Assembly (NCBI GenBank): GCA_964348615.1
Contig: CAYGDE010000001.1
Coordinates: 9,096 to 73,095 of the forward strand
DNA from: an uncultured Gammaproteobacteria bacterium
GTDB lineage: Bacteria > Patescibacteriota > Microgenomatia > Curtissbacterales > GWA2-41-24
Reading direction: 5' to 3'
Length of the DNA: 64,000 nt
Shown piece by piece: positions 19,130 to 28,375 of the stretch. A program made the position numbers and the translations under genes. Each line of letters starts with the position of its first letter. Positions within the stretch are counted from its first letter, which is position 1. The notes beneath the pieces were generated by a model. That model saw nothing but the letters and a program-made list of their open reading frames with translations. It searched no databases and had not been told where the DNA came from.

Positions 19130-19576
19130 ATGGCCAATCTTAAAACCGACATTTTTACCCTCTGTGATTACGCAACTGTTTCAAGAGAACAGAAACTTTC
19201 TGTAATTGGCATTTTCGACCAGTTTTTCATTGCCGATGTGCCAACCACTTGGCCTAAAATGTTTTTAGTCGCAGTCCTTTCTGGCCAAGCAAATCAAGAA
19301 TACGATATCACCTTAAAAATAATCCCGCCCGCCAAAACAGGCCAAAACTTTCCAGACAAAGAATTAAAAGTCACACTTGGTAACAATGGCCGGGCAAATT
19401 TAATTACAGAACTTGTCAATTTCCCACTACCCTTAGTCGGAACATACAAAATTGAAATTCTAGAAGGTAATCCGCCCGCAGGTGAAAAAGTCGGCCATTT
19501 CGAATTTAAGGTTAACAAAACAACTGCAACCTACACCGGAGGACAAGATCTCAAAGGTAACAAAATTGTTAACTAA
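19130..19576 (+). CDS. hypothetical protein, embedded in the dnaK operon
   Basis: 148-aa ORF starting 2 nt after the previous stop; I recognise no family. Confidence 0.5.
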   Translation: MANLKTDIFTLCDYATVSREQKLSVIGIFDQFFIADVPTTWPKMFLVAVLSGQANQEYDITLKIIPPAKTGQNFPDKELKVTLGNNGRANLITELVNFPLPLVGTYKIEILEGNPPAGEKVGHFEFKVNKTTATYTGGQDLKGNKIVN

Positions 19577-19603
19577 AAATCCTCTCTTTTATATAATACC
19601 CAT

Positions 19604-20455
19604 ATGGCTACCAAAAAAGACTACTACGAAGTTCTAGGTGTTCCAAAAACAGCATCTGCCGACGAGTTGAAAAAGGCCTACCGGCAACAAGCGCGAAAAT
19701 TCCACCCAGACGTAAACAAAGAAACGGGCGCCGAAGACAAATTCAAAGAAATAAACGAAGCCTACCAAGTACTTTCAGACCCACAAAAAAAAGGCGCCTA
19801 CGACCAATACGGCCATAGCGCATTCGAACCAGGAGCTGGTGGTTTTGGCGGAGCAGGAGCAAGGCCAGGCGGAAATTACCAAACTTACTCATGGTCTTCA
19901 GGCGACGCAGGCGGATTCGACTTTGGAGGTTTTCAAGATCCATTTGATATTTTCGAAGCAGTGTTTGGCGGCAATTCGCCCTTTTCCAGGCAGCAAAGAG
20001 TACCTAGATATGCTATCGAAATTCCCTTTATAGAAGCTATAAATGGTGTTACCAAAGAGGTCGAAATAGAAGGTAAAAAACAAAAAATAAAAATCCCGGC
20101 TGGAGTTGATAGTGGTTCCGAAATCCGTTTTGGCAGCTTCATAATTGTTTGCCAAGTTCAACCAAGCCAAAAATTTAAAAGGCAGGGGTACGATATTGTT
20201 TCAGAAAAAGAAATCACTTTTTCCCAAGCAGCACTTGGAACAGAGGAAGACATAGAAACAGTTTATGGAAATGTGAGAATAAAAATTCCAGCCGGCACCC
20301 AACCTGGAACGCAAGTACGACTTCGGGGAAAAGGAGTCAAAAGGGTTTCCGGCCATGGTCAAGGCGACCACTACGTAATAATCAGGTTAAAAGTCCCCAC
20401 CAAACTTTCCAAACAACAAAAAGAACTACTAGAAGACCTGGAAGAAACTTTTTAA
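19604..20455 (+). CDS. dnaJ: DnaJ-family co-chaperone lacking the Cys-rich zinc-finger domain (CbpA-like)
   Basis: J domain DYYEVLGV...[16 protein letters not shown]; G/F-rich linker; no CxxCxGxG repeats. Confidence 0.85.
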   Translation: MATKKDYYEVLGVPKTASADELKKAYRQQARKFHPDVNKETGAEDKFKEINEAYQVLSDPQKKGAYDQYGHSAFEPGAGGFGGAGARPGGNYQTYSWSSGDAGGFDFGGFQDPFDIFEAVFGGNSPFSRQQRVPRYAIEIPFIEAINGVTKEVEIEGKKQKIKIPAGVDSGSEIRFGSFIIVCQVQPSQKFKRQGYDIVSEKEITFSQAALGTEEDIETVYGNVRIKIPAGTQPGTQVRLRGKGVKRVSGHGQGDHYVIIRLKVPTKLSKQQKELLEDLEETF

Positions 20456-20485
20456 GGTGCCAATTCAATACCCCTGTTGATTTTG

Positions 20486-20514
20486 TTGACTCTGTGTACA
20501 TATTCTGCTAGAAT
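20486..20514 (+). promoter_or_regulatory. sigma-70-like promoter TTGACT-17-TAGAAT upstream of nusA
   Basis: TTGACT at 20486-20491 and TAGAAT at 20509-20514. Confidence 0.55.
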
Positions 20515-20527
20515 CCCAAGTAGATTA

Positions 20528-20550
20528 AGGCGCTCGTGCGCCTTTTTTAA
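20528..20550 (+). terminator. intrinsic terminator hairpin AGGCGC-TCGT-GCGCCT + T6, placed between the dnaJ stop / nusA promoter and the nusA ATG
   Basis: Perfect 6-bp GC stem followed by TTTTTT; ends 7 nt before the nusA start. Confidence 0.65.
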
Positions 20551-20556
20551 TAAACA

Positions 20557-21930
20557 ATGGCAATACAAGCAAGAACCGAATTTGCATCAGCCCTCAACCA
20601 AGTTTGCTCCGAACGCGGAGTAGAGCCTGCTGTGGTTATTGATTCTATAAAACAAGCCATTTTAGCAGCCTATCGCAAAGACTACGGGGAACCGGAAGGA
20701 ATGGAAGTAGAGTTAGACGAAAACACAGGCGAAGTTAAAATTATTCAGGGCAAAAAAGACATAACCCCAGCCGGTTTTGGCAGAATTGCCGCCCAAACCG
20801 CAAAACAAGTTATTTTGCAGAGAATCCGTGAAGCAGAAAAAGAAGCCATCATGAGTGAGTATTCTGGCAAAGTAGGAACACTTGTTTCTGGAATCATTCA
20901 ACGAATTTCCGGACCAATTGTTACAGTTAATCTAGGCAAGGCCGAAGGCATTATGCCTCCCCAAGAGCAAGCATCCAACGAAAGGTATTCTGTCAACCAA
21001 AGATTAAAGTTTTATGTTGTAGGCATCAAAGAAGGACCAAGAGGCGAAGAAATTATTGTTTCCCGTTCTGCACCGGGTCTTTTGGAACAACTTTTCAAGC
21101 AAGAAGTTCCAGAGCTTGCATCTGGTAGTGTAGAGGTTAAAGCAATTGCCAGGGAAGGCGGTTCCAGAAGTAAAATTGCAGTCGCTTCTGGCCAGCTTGG
21201 TGTAGACCCAGTAGGTTCATGTGTCGGCCAAAAAGGTGTACGAGTCCAAGCAGTTATGAACGAACTTGGAGATGAAAAAATCGACATTATTGCCTTTCAG
21301 GAAGACCCTGCAGAATTTATAAAAGCTGCTCTTTCTCCGGCCAAAGAAATTTCCGTAAAAATCGAAGAAGAAGAAAAAAGTGCAGAAGCCACAGTTCCAG
21401 ACGATCAACTTTCATTGGCAATTGGAAAAGAAGGCCAAAATGTACGCTTGGCTGCCAAATTAACAGGCTATCGAATCGATATTCGAGGCAAAAGTGGAAC
21501 TCCAAGAGAAGTAGAACAAAAAGAGAAAAAGGCTCAAGAAGAAGCCAAGAAAGCTCTTGGTGTCACAGATGAAGAAACAGAGGAGCAAAGCGAACCAGAA
21601 GAAAAAGGGACTACAGAAACATCTTCGGCAACAGGCGATCAAAAAGCGACATCACAAGATGACCAGACCACAAAAGAGCCCAAAGAACTAGAAGCGCCAG
21701 AAGAAGAAAAGGAGATAGAAGCACCCGAAGAACCAAAAGAATTGGAAGCAGCACCTCCCGTAAATATGGAAACCAACCTAGAACAAGAACAAGACCCCCA
21801 AAACGCAGATGCTCTAGAAAAATCCGACGAGCAAGCTCTAGATGCTTCCAAACCAGAAGATGCTAAAGTAATTGAAGAAGCCTCAGGTGATAATGATGAT
21901 ACGCCAAAAGATGGCGACGAGACTGTATAA
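20557..21930 (+). CDS. nusA: transcription termination/antitermination factor NusA with an acidic low-complexity C-terminal tail
   Basis: N-terminal domain; S1 domain (GKVGTLVSGIIQRISGPIVTVNLGKAEGIMP); KH domains (GSCVGQKGVRVQAV, LAIGKEGQNVRLAAKLTG); E/K/P-rich repeats. Confidence 0.9.
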   Translation: MAIQARTEFASALNQVCSERGVEPAVVIDSIKQAILAAYRKDYGEPEGMEVELDENTGEVKIIQGKKDITPAGFGRIAAQTAKQVILQRIREAEKEAIMSEYSGKVGTLVSGIIQRISGPIVTVNLGKAEGIMPPQEQASNERYSVNQRLKFYVVGIKEGPRGEEIIVSRSAPGLLEQLFKQEVPELASGSVEVKAIAREGGSRSKIAVASGQLGVDPVGSCVGQKGVRVQAVMNELGDEKIDIIAFQEDPAEFIKAALSPAKEISVKIEEEEKSAEATVPDDQLSLAIGKEGQNVRLAAKLTGYRIDIRGKSGTPREVEQKEKKAQEEAKKALGVTDEETEEQSEPEEKGTTETSSATGDQKATSQDDQTTKEPKELEAPEEEKEIEAPEEPKELEAAPPVNMETNLEQEQDPQNADALEKSDEQALDASKPEDAKVIEEASGDNDDTPKDGDETV

Positions 21931-21961
21931 ATGAAAGCCTTTTCGTCACAAGTCATAAACG

Positions 21962-23398
21962 ATGAACAACGCACAAAAAACGCCGAATCGACCTCCTATC
22001 GTGACCATTATGGGTCATGTCGACCACGGTAAGACTACTCTTCTTGACGCTATTAGAAAAACAAATGTACAAGCCGCAGAACATGGCGGTATAACCCAAC
22101 ATATTGGTGCCTATCAAATCACTTCCAACTCGCAACTTATAACTTTTATTGACACACCAGGCCACGCCGCTTTTGAAAAAATGCGCTCCCGTGGCGCTGA
22201 AGTTTCCGATATTGTAATTTTAGTAGTTGCCGCAAACGATAGTGTCAAACCCCAAACTGTCGAGGCGATTAAACACATCAAAAAGGCCCAAAAACCAATT
22301 ATTGTGGCAATTACCAAAGTCGACCTCCCCAATTTGAACATAGAAAAAGTCAAAGGAGAATTACAAAGGGAAGGTGTCACAGTCGAAAGCTATGGCGGAG
22401 ATGTACCTGTAGTTGAAGTTGCCGCAACAAAAGGCCAAGGCATAAAAGAACTTTTGGAAGTTGTAAACTTGGTTTGGGATTTAAACCCGCAACCATCTTT
22501 CCCAACAAATCCTCTTCAGGCAGTTGTTGTTGAATCATTCTTGGACAAAAATCGCGGCCCAATCGCAACCGTTATTGTTAAAGAAGGAACGCTTTCAGTT
22601 GGCCAAAAGATAATTGTCGATTCTGAGACAATAACAGTAAGGGCACTAATAGACGACAATGGTAATCAAGTAAAAAATGCACTTCCTGCAAAACCGGTAG
22701 AAATTCTTGGCTTCAAAAAAATCTTAGAAGTGGGTATTATTGTTGCTGACCAAAATAAAACTGCCTCAATTGTCCAAAAAGCCCCTGCGAGCTTTGCCGA
22801 GATAATTGCAAAAAGTGAAACCTTAAAAAATAAGTTTAAAGTTGTTATAAAAGCCGATGTTGCCGGAAGTCTTGAGGCCATTCTGGAAAATTTACCGCCA
22901 AACGTTTTAGTTATTTCCTCGTCCTGCGGAGAAATCACAGATACTGACATTGCTTTTGCCAAGACTGCAAACGCTCCAATTATTGCCTTTGGCATAAAAG
23001 TTCCAAATTCCACAAAAGCTCAAGCAGAAAGAGACGGCATCTTCATAAAAAGTTACGATGTAATTTACAAACTTTTGGAAGACATAAATGATGTTGTCGC
23101 TGGCTTTGAGCAAGCCAAAATGCAGGCAAAAATTGTAGGCAAGGCAAAAATTATTGCAAGTTTTGCAATCGAAGGTAAAAAAATCGCAGGAGTCAAAGTC
23201 ATTAGCGGCAAAATAACAGTCGGCGACCAAATTATAATAGTAAGAGGCGATAGCGAAATAGGGGATGCAAAAATTACCTCTATAAAGAAGTTTAAAAAAG
23301 AAGTTTCTTCTGTGCCCACAGGTCAAGAGTGCGGAATTGCACAAGAACCTCAGTTAGAATTTCAAGAAGGAGACATAATCGAATCTTACGGCCACTAG
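21962..23398 (+). CDS. infB: translation initiation factor IF-2, short form (478 aa, begins at the G domain)
   Basis: [34 protein letters not shown]. Confidence 0.9.
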   Translation: MNNAQKTPNRPPIVTIMGHVDHGKTTLLDAIRKTNVQAAEHGGITQHIGAYQITSNSQLITFIDTPGHAAFEKMRSRGAEVSDIVILVVAANDSVKPQTVEAIKHIKKAQKPIIVAITKVDLPNLNIEKVKGELQREGVTVESYGGDVPVVEVAATKGQGIKELLEVVNLVWDLNPQPSFPTNPLQAVVVESFLDKNRGPIATVIVKEGTLSVGQKIIVDSETITVRALIDDNGNQVKNALPAKPVEILGFKKILEVGIIVADQNKTASIVQKAPASFAEIIAKSETLKNKFKVVIKADVAGSLEAILENLPPNVLVISSSCGEITDTDIAFAKTANAPIIAFGIKVPNSTKAQAERDGIFIKSYDVIYKLLEDINDVVAGFEQAKMQAKIVGKAKIIASFAIEGKKIAGVKVISGKITVGDQIIIVRGDSEIGDAKITSIKKFKKEVSSVPTGQECGIAQEPQLEFQEGDIIESYGH

Positions 23399-23441
23399 GC
23401 CCGCAGCTTCGCAACGCCCGTTATTTTTTCACCTATAGTAT

Positions 23442-23471
23442 TTGCAATCTTGCCACACTCAGTAGTATAAT
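23442..23471 (+). promoter_or_regulatory. sigma-70-like promoter TTGCAA-18-TATAAT
   Basis: TTGCAA at 23442-23447 and TATAAT at 23466-23471, upstream of the 23495 ORF. Confidence 0.6.
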
Positions 23472-23494
23472 CTCCCGGCCTGCCTCAACAAATC

Positions 23495-24526
23495 ATGGAT
23501 CCAAAGCTAAAAGACACAGTTCTTGACCAAATAGCCAAAGCAGAAAATATTGCAATTGTTATTTCGAATTCCTTAGGCTTCGACGGCCTTGCTGCGGGTC
23601 TTTCACTCTACCTCTCGCTAATAAAGCTCGACAAAAACGTTTCCGTAGTCGCAAATGCGCCAACGGTTGGGGATGCGCAAAGCCTTTATGGTGTAGACAG
23701 AATAGGCAACGAAGGAGTAAACAAAAATCCAGTCATTGTTGTTGAAAACGCCATCGAAACAGTCGACAAAGTTACCCATTTTTTGGACAAAGACAAGCTA
23801 AGGCTCATTATTCATCCCTTGCCTGGAACTCCCCCAATTTCCGAAAACCAAATAAAAATTGAATACTCATCAACACCTGCAAGCTTAATTTTTGCAATTG
23901 GTATAGATAATTTACCCGATCTGCGCAGTCAACTTACAAATGGACAAGAAATTACCCCAGAGGCGCTTATTGTTAACCTAAGCAATAGTCAGCCAAGCCA
24001 AAAATTTGCACAAATCGATATTGTTAACACTCAAGCAGCATCAGTCTCCGAAGTAACAGCCAAAATGATCCAAGATTTTGCCCTGCCGCTAGACGAAGAT
24101 ATCGCCTTTAATCTCTATTCTGGGGTAAGAGCAACAACAAACAATTTTTCACCAAGCATAGTGAGCCAAATCACCCTAGAAATCGCCTCCTGGCTTTTAA
24201 AATTCGGAGCCGGAAAAGCAAGTCTTGCCAGGCAAACAGTAAAGTCACCCCAAATGTATCCGCAGCAACCAAATATGCCTCGTCCAATTGCAAAACAACC
24301 CTTTCCGTTTCCATTCCCGCAAATGAATCCAACTCCAAGGCAGACACAGCAGCCGCCAACAGTCGATGAAGACCTAGACGACGACTTCTTTGAAAAAATG
24401 ACAAGACTGGAAGATGTTGAAGCGGCAGCCCAAGGCCAAGAAGCACCAAAGTCCAGTGAATGGCTCAAACCACCAAAGATATACAAAGGTTCAAAATCAC
24501 CAGGAGGAGAAGGCGGCAAAGGCTAA
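23495..24526 (+). CDS. DHH/DHHA1-fold (NrnA-like) protein with degenerate catalytic motifs and a Pro/Gln-rich C-terminal tail
   Basis: Colinear with NrnA: IAIVISNSLGFDGLAAG (DxD lost), PVIVVENAIETVDKV, LIIHPLPG in place of DHH, DIVNTQAASVSEVTAKMI, FNLYSGVRATTNNFS; then PQMYPQQPNMPRP...FPFPFPQMNP. Confidence 0.55.
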   Translation: MDPKLKDTVLDQIAKAENIAIVISNSLGFDGLAAGLSLYLSLIKLDKNVSVVANAPTVGDAQSLYGVDRIGNEGVNKNPVIVVENAIETVDKVTHFLDKDKLRLIIHPLPGTPPISENQIKIEYSSTPASLIFAIGIDNLPDLRSQLTNGQEITPEALIVNLSNSQPSQKFAQIDIVNTQAASVSEVTAKMIQDFALPLDEDIAFNLYSGVRATTNNFSPSIVSQITLEIASWLLKFGAGKASLARQTVKSPQMYPQQPNMPRPIAKQPFPFPFPQMNPTPRQTQQPPTVDEDLDDDFFEKMTRLEDVEAAAQGQEAPKSSEWLKPPKIYKGSKSPGGEGGKG

Positions 24527-24539
24527 TCGCAGGATACTC

Positions 24540-24569
24540 TTGATACTCTTGGTACCCTTATTGTATACT
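24540..24569 (+). promoter_or_regulatory. sigma-70-like promoter TTGATA-18-TATACT for rpsO
   Basis: TTGATA at 24540-24545 and TATACT at 24564-24569; tandem GATACTCTT x2. Confidence 0.6.
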
Positions 24570-24582
24570 TACAATTCATTAT

Positions 24583-24849
24583 ATGGCTCAAGCAACAGCA
24601 AAAAAATCAGTAATAGACAAGTTTGCAACTCACGCAGGTGACACTGGCTCACCAGAGGTTCAAGTTGCGCTGCTTTCCCAAAGGATTCAAACGGTCTCCG
24701 ACCATTTAAAAGGTCACGGGCACGATGACCATTCAAGACGTGGTCTTCTTTCCATGATCAACAAGAGAAGAAGACTTCTCCACTACCTTACAAGAAAAGC
24801 ACCCGACCGCTACAAGGACATAATTGGAAAACTCGGATTGTCGAAATAA
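24583..24849 (+). CDS. rpsO: 30S ribosomal protein S15
   Basis: 88 aa; GDTGSPEVQVALLSQRIQTVSDHLKGHGHDDHSRRGLL. Confidence 0.9.
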   Translation: MAQATAKKSVIDKFATHAGDTGSPEVQVALLSQRIQTVSDHLKGHGHDDHSRRGLLSMINKRRRLLHYLTRKAPDRYKDIIGKLGLSK

Positions 24850-24937
24850 CATCTTGCTATTTAGAACCTTATATTCGCTCGCGAATACATACTTCCTAAA
24901 CCATAAATATTTGCTCGCTTATGTAAACTCCTAGTTC

Positions 24938-24966
24938 TTGCAAAATGGAAGTTTATAGGGTATAAT
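24938..24966 (+). promoter_or_regulatory. sigma-70-like promoter TTGCAA-17-TATAAT in the rpsO-pnp intergenic region
   Basis: TTGCAA at 24938-24943 and TATAAT at 24961-24966. Confidence 0.65.
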
Positions 24967-25010
24967 ACAGTTTAGAGTTAAGAGATTTGGGTAGTTGGAA
25001 GTTGATTAGT

Positions 25011-25036
25011 ATGAAGCATAGAGATACATGCTTCAT
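25011..25036 (+). promoter_or_regulatory. pnp leader hairpin (perfect 9-bp stem ATGAAGCAT/ATGCTTCAT, 8-nt loop)
   Basis: Perfect inverted repeat in the 5' UTR of pnp; a second hairpin CCCGAAA-ATA-TTTCGGG lies at 25098-25114. Confidence 0.5.
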
Positions 25037-25141
25037 AGTATCCGATTTCTAACCGCTCTTCCTCTTTTCTCAAAATATTTCACTTGTTACTCTAAATCCC
25101 GAAAATATTTCGGGACAACAATGTTGGAATCTTAAAAAATC

Positions 25142-27349
25142 ATGACTCAAAAATTAGTCAAAAAAGAACTAGAACTTGCAGGCAAAAAGCTTGTTTTGGA
25201 AACAGGCGAGTTAGCAGGCCATGCAAACGCGGCAGTTTTGGCAACCTATGGTGAAACCGTAGTTTTGGCAACAGCAGTTTCTCAAGAAGCCCCAGAAAAC
25301 ATGGGGTTTTTCCCGTTGGCTGTAGATTTTGAAGAAAGACTTTACGCCGGCGGCAAAATATCTACATCCAGATTCATAAAAAGAGAAGGCAGACCTTCTG
25401 AAAGGTCTGTACTTACCGGAAGACTTGTTGACAGATCTATTCGTCCGCTGTTCCCAAAAGATTACATGGCTCAAGTCCAGGTAATTGTTACTGTTCTTTC
25501 GGTCGACGGTGAAAACGAACCAGACGTTGTTTCCTTAATTGCAGCATCAGCTGCACTTACAATTTCTGACATTCCATGGAATGGTCCTCTTGCCGGAATT
25601 AAAGTAGCCAAGAAAAATGGCGATTACTTTGCCAACCCTACAGAAGAAGAAAAGAAATTTTCCGACCTTGAGCTTTTAGTTGCATCAACCAAAGACGAAA
25701 TCGTCATGATCGAAGCAGCAGCCCAAGAAGTTGACGAAAAATATATGGCTGGTGCCTTAGAATTTGCAGTTAAACAAGGCAACGAAGTAATCAAATTAAT
25801 CGAGGATTTACAAAAAGAAGCGGGCAAAGAAAAACAGAAATACACCCCCAACAAATTACAAGGCGACAAAGAAAAAGCAGTTTTAGATTTTATCGAATCC
25901 GACATCATCAAAGACTTAGAAAAACCTGGCAAAGCTCAGGACGAATCTTGGTTTGGAGAATCTGTCGATCGGCTAAAAGAAGTTTTTGGACAAGGAGACG
26001 AAGCAATCGACGGTAAAATACTTGGAGATTTGCTAGACGATGCCGTTGCCGATTTTATGCGCAAACATGTGCTTACCAAAAAAATCAGAATAGACGGCAG
26101 AAACCCTGAAGAAATTAGGCCAATTTTTATAAAAGCCCCAATCCTTCCAAGAACACACGGTTCCGCTATTTTCCAAAGAGGCGAAACTCAGGTTTTATCC
26201 ATAGTCACCCTAGGTTCTCCTTCACTCGAGCAGCTAATTGAAGGTATGAGCGGTGAAGAAAAAAGAAGATACATGCATCACTACAACTTCCCGCCCTTTT
26301 GTTCCGGTGAAGTTAAAAGGATGGGTTCACCAGGAAGAAGAGAAATCGGGCATGGCGCACTAGCTGAAAAAGCTCTAATTCCGGTAATTCCCGCTCAAGA
26401 GCAATTCCCTTACACCATACGAGTTGTCTCAGAGGTACTTTCCTCTGCAGGTTCAACATCGCAAGCTTCAGTCTGCGGTTCAACGCTTGCCCTTATGGAT
26501 GCCGGTGTCCCAATTAAGGCACCCGTTGCCGGAATATCCATTGGGTTAATCACCGACATGAAAGACAAATCAAAATACGTTCTTTTAACCGACATTGCCT
26601 ATCAAGAAGATTCTCAAGGGGACATGGATTTTAAAGTTGCAGGGACAAGTGCTGGTATTACTGCAATTCAAATGGACATTAAGCTTTCGGGAATTTCCAC
26701 ACAAGTAGCCAAGGAAGCTTTAGAAAAAGCCAGAGTAGCAAGGCTTTCAATTCTAGATCTGATGAAAAAAGCCCTGCCAACGTCCAGAGAAAAAATCTCA
26801 CCACATGCGCCAACCGTTATTTTGGTCAGAATCGACCCTTCCAAAATTGGCGAAGTTATTGGTTCAGGTGGCAGAGTAATCAACAAGATAATCGAAACCA
26901 CAGGTGCCGCCGTTGATATCGAAGACGATGGATCTGTTATGATTTCTGCCAAATCGCCAGAAGCAGCCCAAAAAGCAGCAGAATGGGTCGAAGGTATTGT
27001 CAAAGAACCGCAGCCAGGAGAAGTTTACGAAGGTCCGGTTAAAAGAATTATGCCATTTGGCGCTTTTGTTGAAATACTTCCAGGCAAAGAAGGCCTGGTA
27101 CATATTTCTAAAATGGCACCATATCACGTCGAAAGAGTCGAAGATGTGGTTAAATTAGACCAGATAGTTAAAGTAAACGTTTCCGAAATAGACGACATGG
27201 GAAGACTAAATCTTTCTATGCTTTTTGGGGAAGATGCAAAGAAAAAACAAGAAGAAACACGAGGGGAAAGAGGAGGAGATTTCCAAAGAAGACCAGCCGG
27301 TAGATTCGACCGCAGGCCTAGTTCCCGTCCCCCAAGAAAACGCTTTTAA
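25142..27349 (+). CDS. pnp: polynucleotide phosphorylase (PNPase)
   Basis: Two RNase PH domains, KH (IGEVIGSGGRVINKI), S1, and an Arg-rich tail. Confidence 0.95.
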   Translation: MTQKLVKKELELAGKKLVLETGELAGHANAAVLATYGETVVLATAVSQEAPENMGFFPLAVDFEERLYAGGKISTSRFIKREGRPSERSVLTGRLVDRSIRPLFPKDYMAQVQVIVTVLSVDGENEPDVVSLIAASAALTISDIPWNGPLAGIKVAKKNGDYFANPTEEEKKFSDLELLVASTKDEIVMIEAAAQEVDEKYMAGALEFAVKQGNEVIKLIEDLQKEAGKEKQKYTPNKLQGDKEKAVLDFIESDIIKDLEKPGKAQDESWFGESVDRLKEVFGQGDEAIDGKILGDLLDDAVADFMRKHVLTKKIRIDGRNPEEIRPIFIKAPILPRTHGSAIFQRGETQVLSIVTLGSPSLEQLIEGMSGEEKRRYMHHYNFPPFCSGEVKRMGSPGRREIGHGALAEKALIPVIPAQEQFPYTIRVVSEVLSSAGSTSQASVCGSTLALMDAGVPIKAPVAGISIGLITDMKDKSKYVLLTDIAYQEDSQGDMDFKVAGTSAGITAIQMDIKLSGISTQVAKEALEKARVARLSILDLMKKALPTSREKISPHAPTVILVRIDPSKIGEVIGSGGRVINKIIETTGAAVDIEDDGSVMISAKSPEAAQKAAEWVEGIVKEPQPGEVYEGPVKRIMPFGAFVEILPGKEGLVHISKMAPYHVERVEDVVKLDQIVKVNVSEIDDMGRLNLSMLFGEDAKKKQEETRGERGGDFQRRPAGRFDRRPSSRPPRKRF

Positions 27350-28316
27350 AAAACTCGCAAAACCCAAATTAATTTTGGTAGGTATTTTAATACTTGCCGC
27401 CCTCGCCGTTTTTTTCGTCTTTCCCAAACCAACTATAAAACAAAGCCAAGCGGAAATTGTTACCGCCGAAAATAGTTTCAAGATAAATTTCAATCTCGAA
27501 AGCCCAGACAAAGAAAACATTTCTCAGCTTTTTGAAAAACTCCAAATTTCTCAAAATGTTTTAAAAGGGGTCACATTTGAATTAGACAGCACATCTTCAG
27601 CAAAGCTTGCATTTGCAAACCCGATTTCGGCAAATATTCAATCACAACAAGGAAAAATTTCCTTTTCTGGCACCGCCCAAACACCACCAATGCAGTCGCA
27701 ATTTACGCCGCCTTCAAATTACAAAATGCCCCAAAGTGCCCTTTTTGTCCTTTTTGCTCCCAACTTTTTGCCCCAGGTGCAAAAACTAGTTGGTACACCC
27801 ACTCAACTCGCAAATTGGATAGACCAGAATCTAGATTCCCAAAACGGTCAACTCTTACAACTTTTTCCAGAAGGCGACTTTGTTTTGGCATTTAATTCAA
27901 AAAAAGAGCCAGATTTTACCAGTCTTGCCCAGCTAGAGTTCCAAGACCAAATAGAATCCCCCTACATTCAACAGATAGAAAGCGATGTTAATATCCATAT
28001 TGTAAAAATCACCAAGCAAGAAGGGGAGACAACAGTCACGTTTTTTAAAATTGGAGACGAAATATATATAGCCTCTTCAACAGATGCTGCAAAGCAAATA
28101 ATAGCTGTGCAAAAGGAAAATGCGCCCTCAGTTGATTTTCCCAAAACAGACGATAAAGTATCAGCAGTAGTATTTTTGAAAAACCCCGAAAACAAAGACA
28201 TCAACCTTACGATCTTTGGCTCAGGTGCAAAAAAATTGGAAAAATATTTAAAGAATTTAAAAGAAGGCCAAGTGATTTTGAAAGGTACTAAAATTTCCGG
28301 CTACGTCACCTACTAA
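27225..28316 (+). CDS. hypothetical membrane-anchored extracytoplasmic protein; true start uncertain (probably TTG near 27375, since the listed start overlaps pnp by 125 nt)
   Basis: TM segment LILVGILILAALAVFFVF followed by a soluble domain; no recognisable family. Confidence 0.45.
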   Translation: MGKMQRKNKKKHEGKEEEISKEDQPVDSTAGLVPVPQENAFKKLAKPKLILVGILILAALAVFFVFPKPTIKQSQAEIVTAENSFKINFNLESPDKENISQLFEKLQISQNVLKGVTFELDSTSSAKLAFANPISANIQSQQGKISFSGTAQTPPMQSQFTPPSNYKMPQSALFVLFAPNFLPQVQKLVGTPTQLANWIDQNLDSQNGQLLQLFPEGDFVLAFNSKKEPDFTSLAQLEFQDQIESPYIQQIESDVNIHIVKITKQEGETTVTFFKIGDEIYIASSTDAAKQIIAVQKENAPSVDFPKTDDKVSAVVFLKNPENKDINLTIFGSGAKKLEKYLKNLKEGQVILKGTKISGYVTY

Positions 28317-28375
28317 CTACCGACTAATCATCTACCCTCTACCCACTACCTACTACGCACTAATATAATGGATCT

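Noticed and set aside
21639-21974. Minus-strand Ser-rich 111-aa ORF.
   Set aside because: It is antisense to the GAA/GAG-rich acidic tail of nusA, a low-complexity artefact.
27225-27374. 125-nt out-of-frame overlap of the 27225 ORF with the pnp 3' end.
   Set aside because: Such an overlap is unlikely. A TTG at about 27375 just after the pnp stop gives a signal-anchor N-terminus, so the 5' part is probably not translated.
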